Below are positions 63,892 through 64,000 of a stretch of DNA of 64,000 nt, piece by piece. The number at the start of each line of letters is the position of its first letter. Position 1 is the stretch's first letter. Location: NCBI GenBank assembly GCA_951406725.2, contig OX597833.1, positions 1,488,001-1,552,000 of the forward strand, given 5' to 3'. A model generated the notes under the pieces. It was not told where the DNA came from. It saw only the letters and a list, made by a program, of their open reading frames with translations, and made no database searches. Both the position numbers and the translations under genes were made by a program. This stretch comes from Octopus vulgaris. Lineage: Eukaryota.

Positions 63892-64000
63892 TCTACGCAT
63901 ATCTACTGTGTCATTTATGTATAAATACAAATGGGACTTCCTTCATTTCATTTTACATTCAGGTAGCAAAATATATTTTTATATTGGGAAATATTTTCCA

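Overview
AT-rich, gene-free eukaryotic DNA made almost entirely of microsatellites and transposon debris. The SINE families and microsatellite load look like Octopus (coleoid cephalopod) intronic or intergenic DNA; this assignment is an inference. I recognise no host protein-coding exon, rRNA, true tRNA or CRISPR array, and nearly all ORF-track entries are microsatellite or SINE artefacts. Supportable content: a 28-bp minisatellite, four tRNA-derived SINE families, truncated non-LTR retrotransposons (R4/Dong, CR1, Tx1/L1, Penelope-like), Tc1/mariner remnants, a hAT MITE and two foldback elements. The most notable signal is about ten short, mostly microsatellite-embedded modules carrying type I hammerhead ribozyme folds. 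Four have an intact CUGAUGA/GAAA core, two of these form an identical inverted pair, and several share an unusual A-A pair at the base of stem II. All folds were read by eye and are untested.
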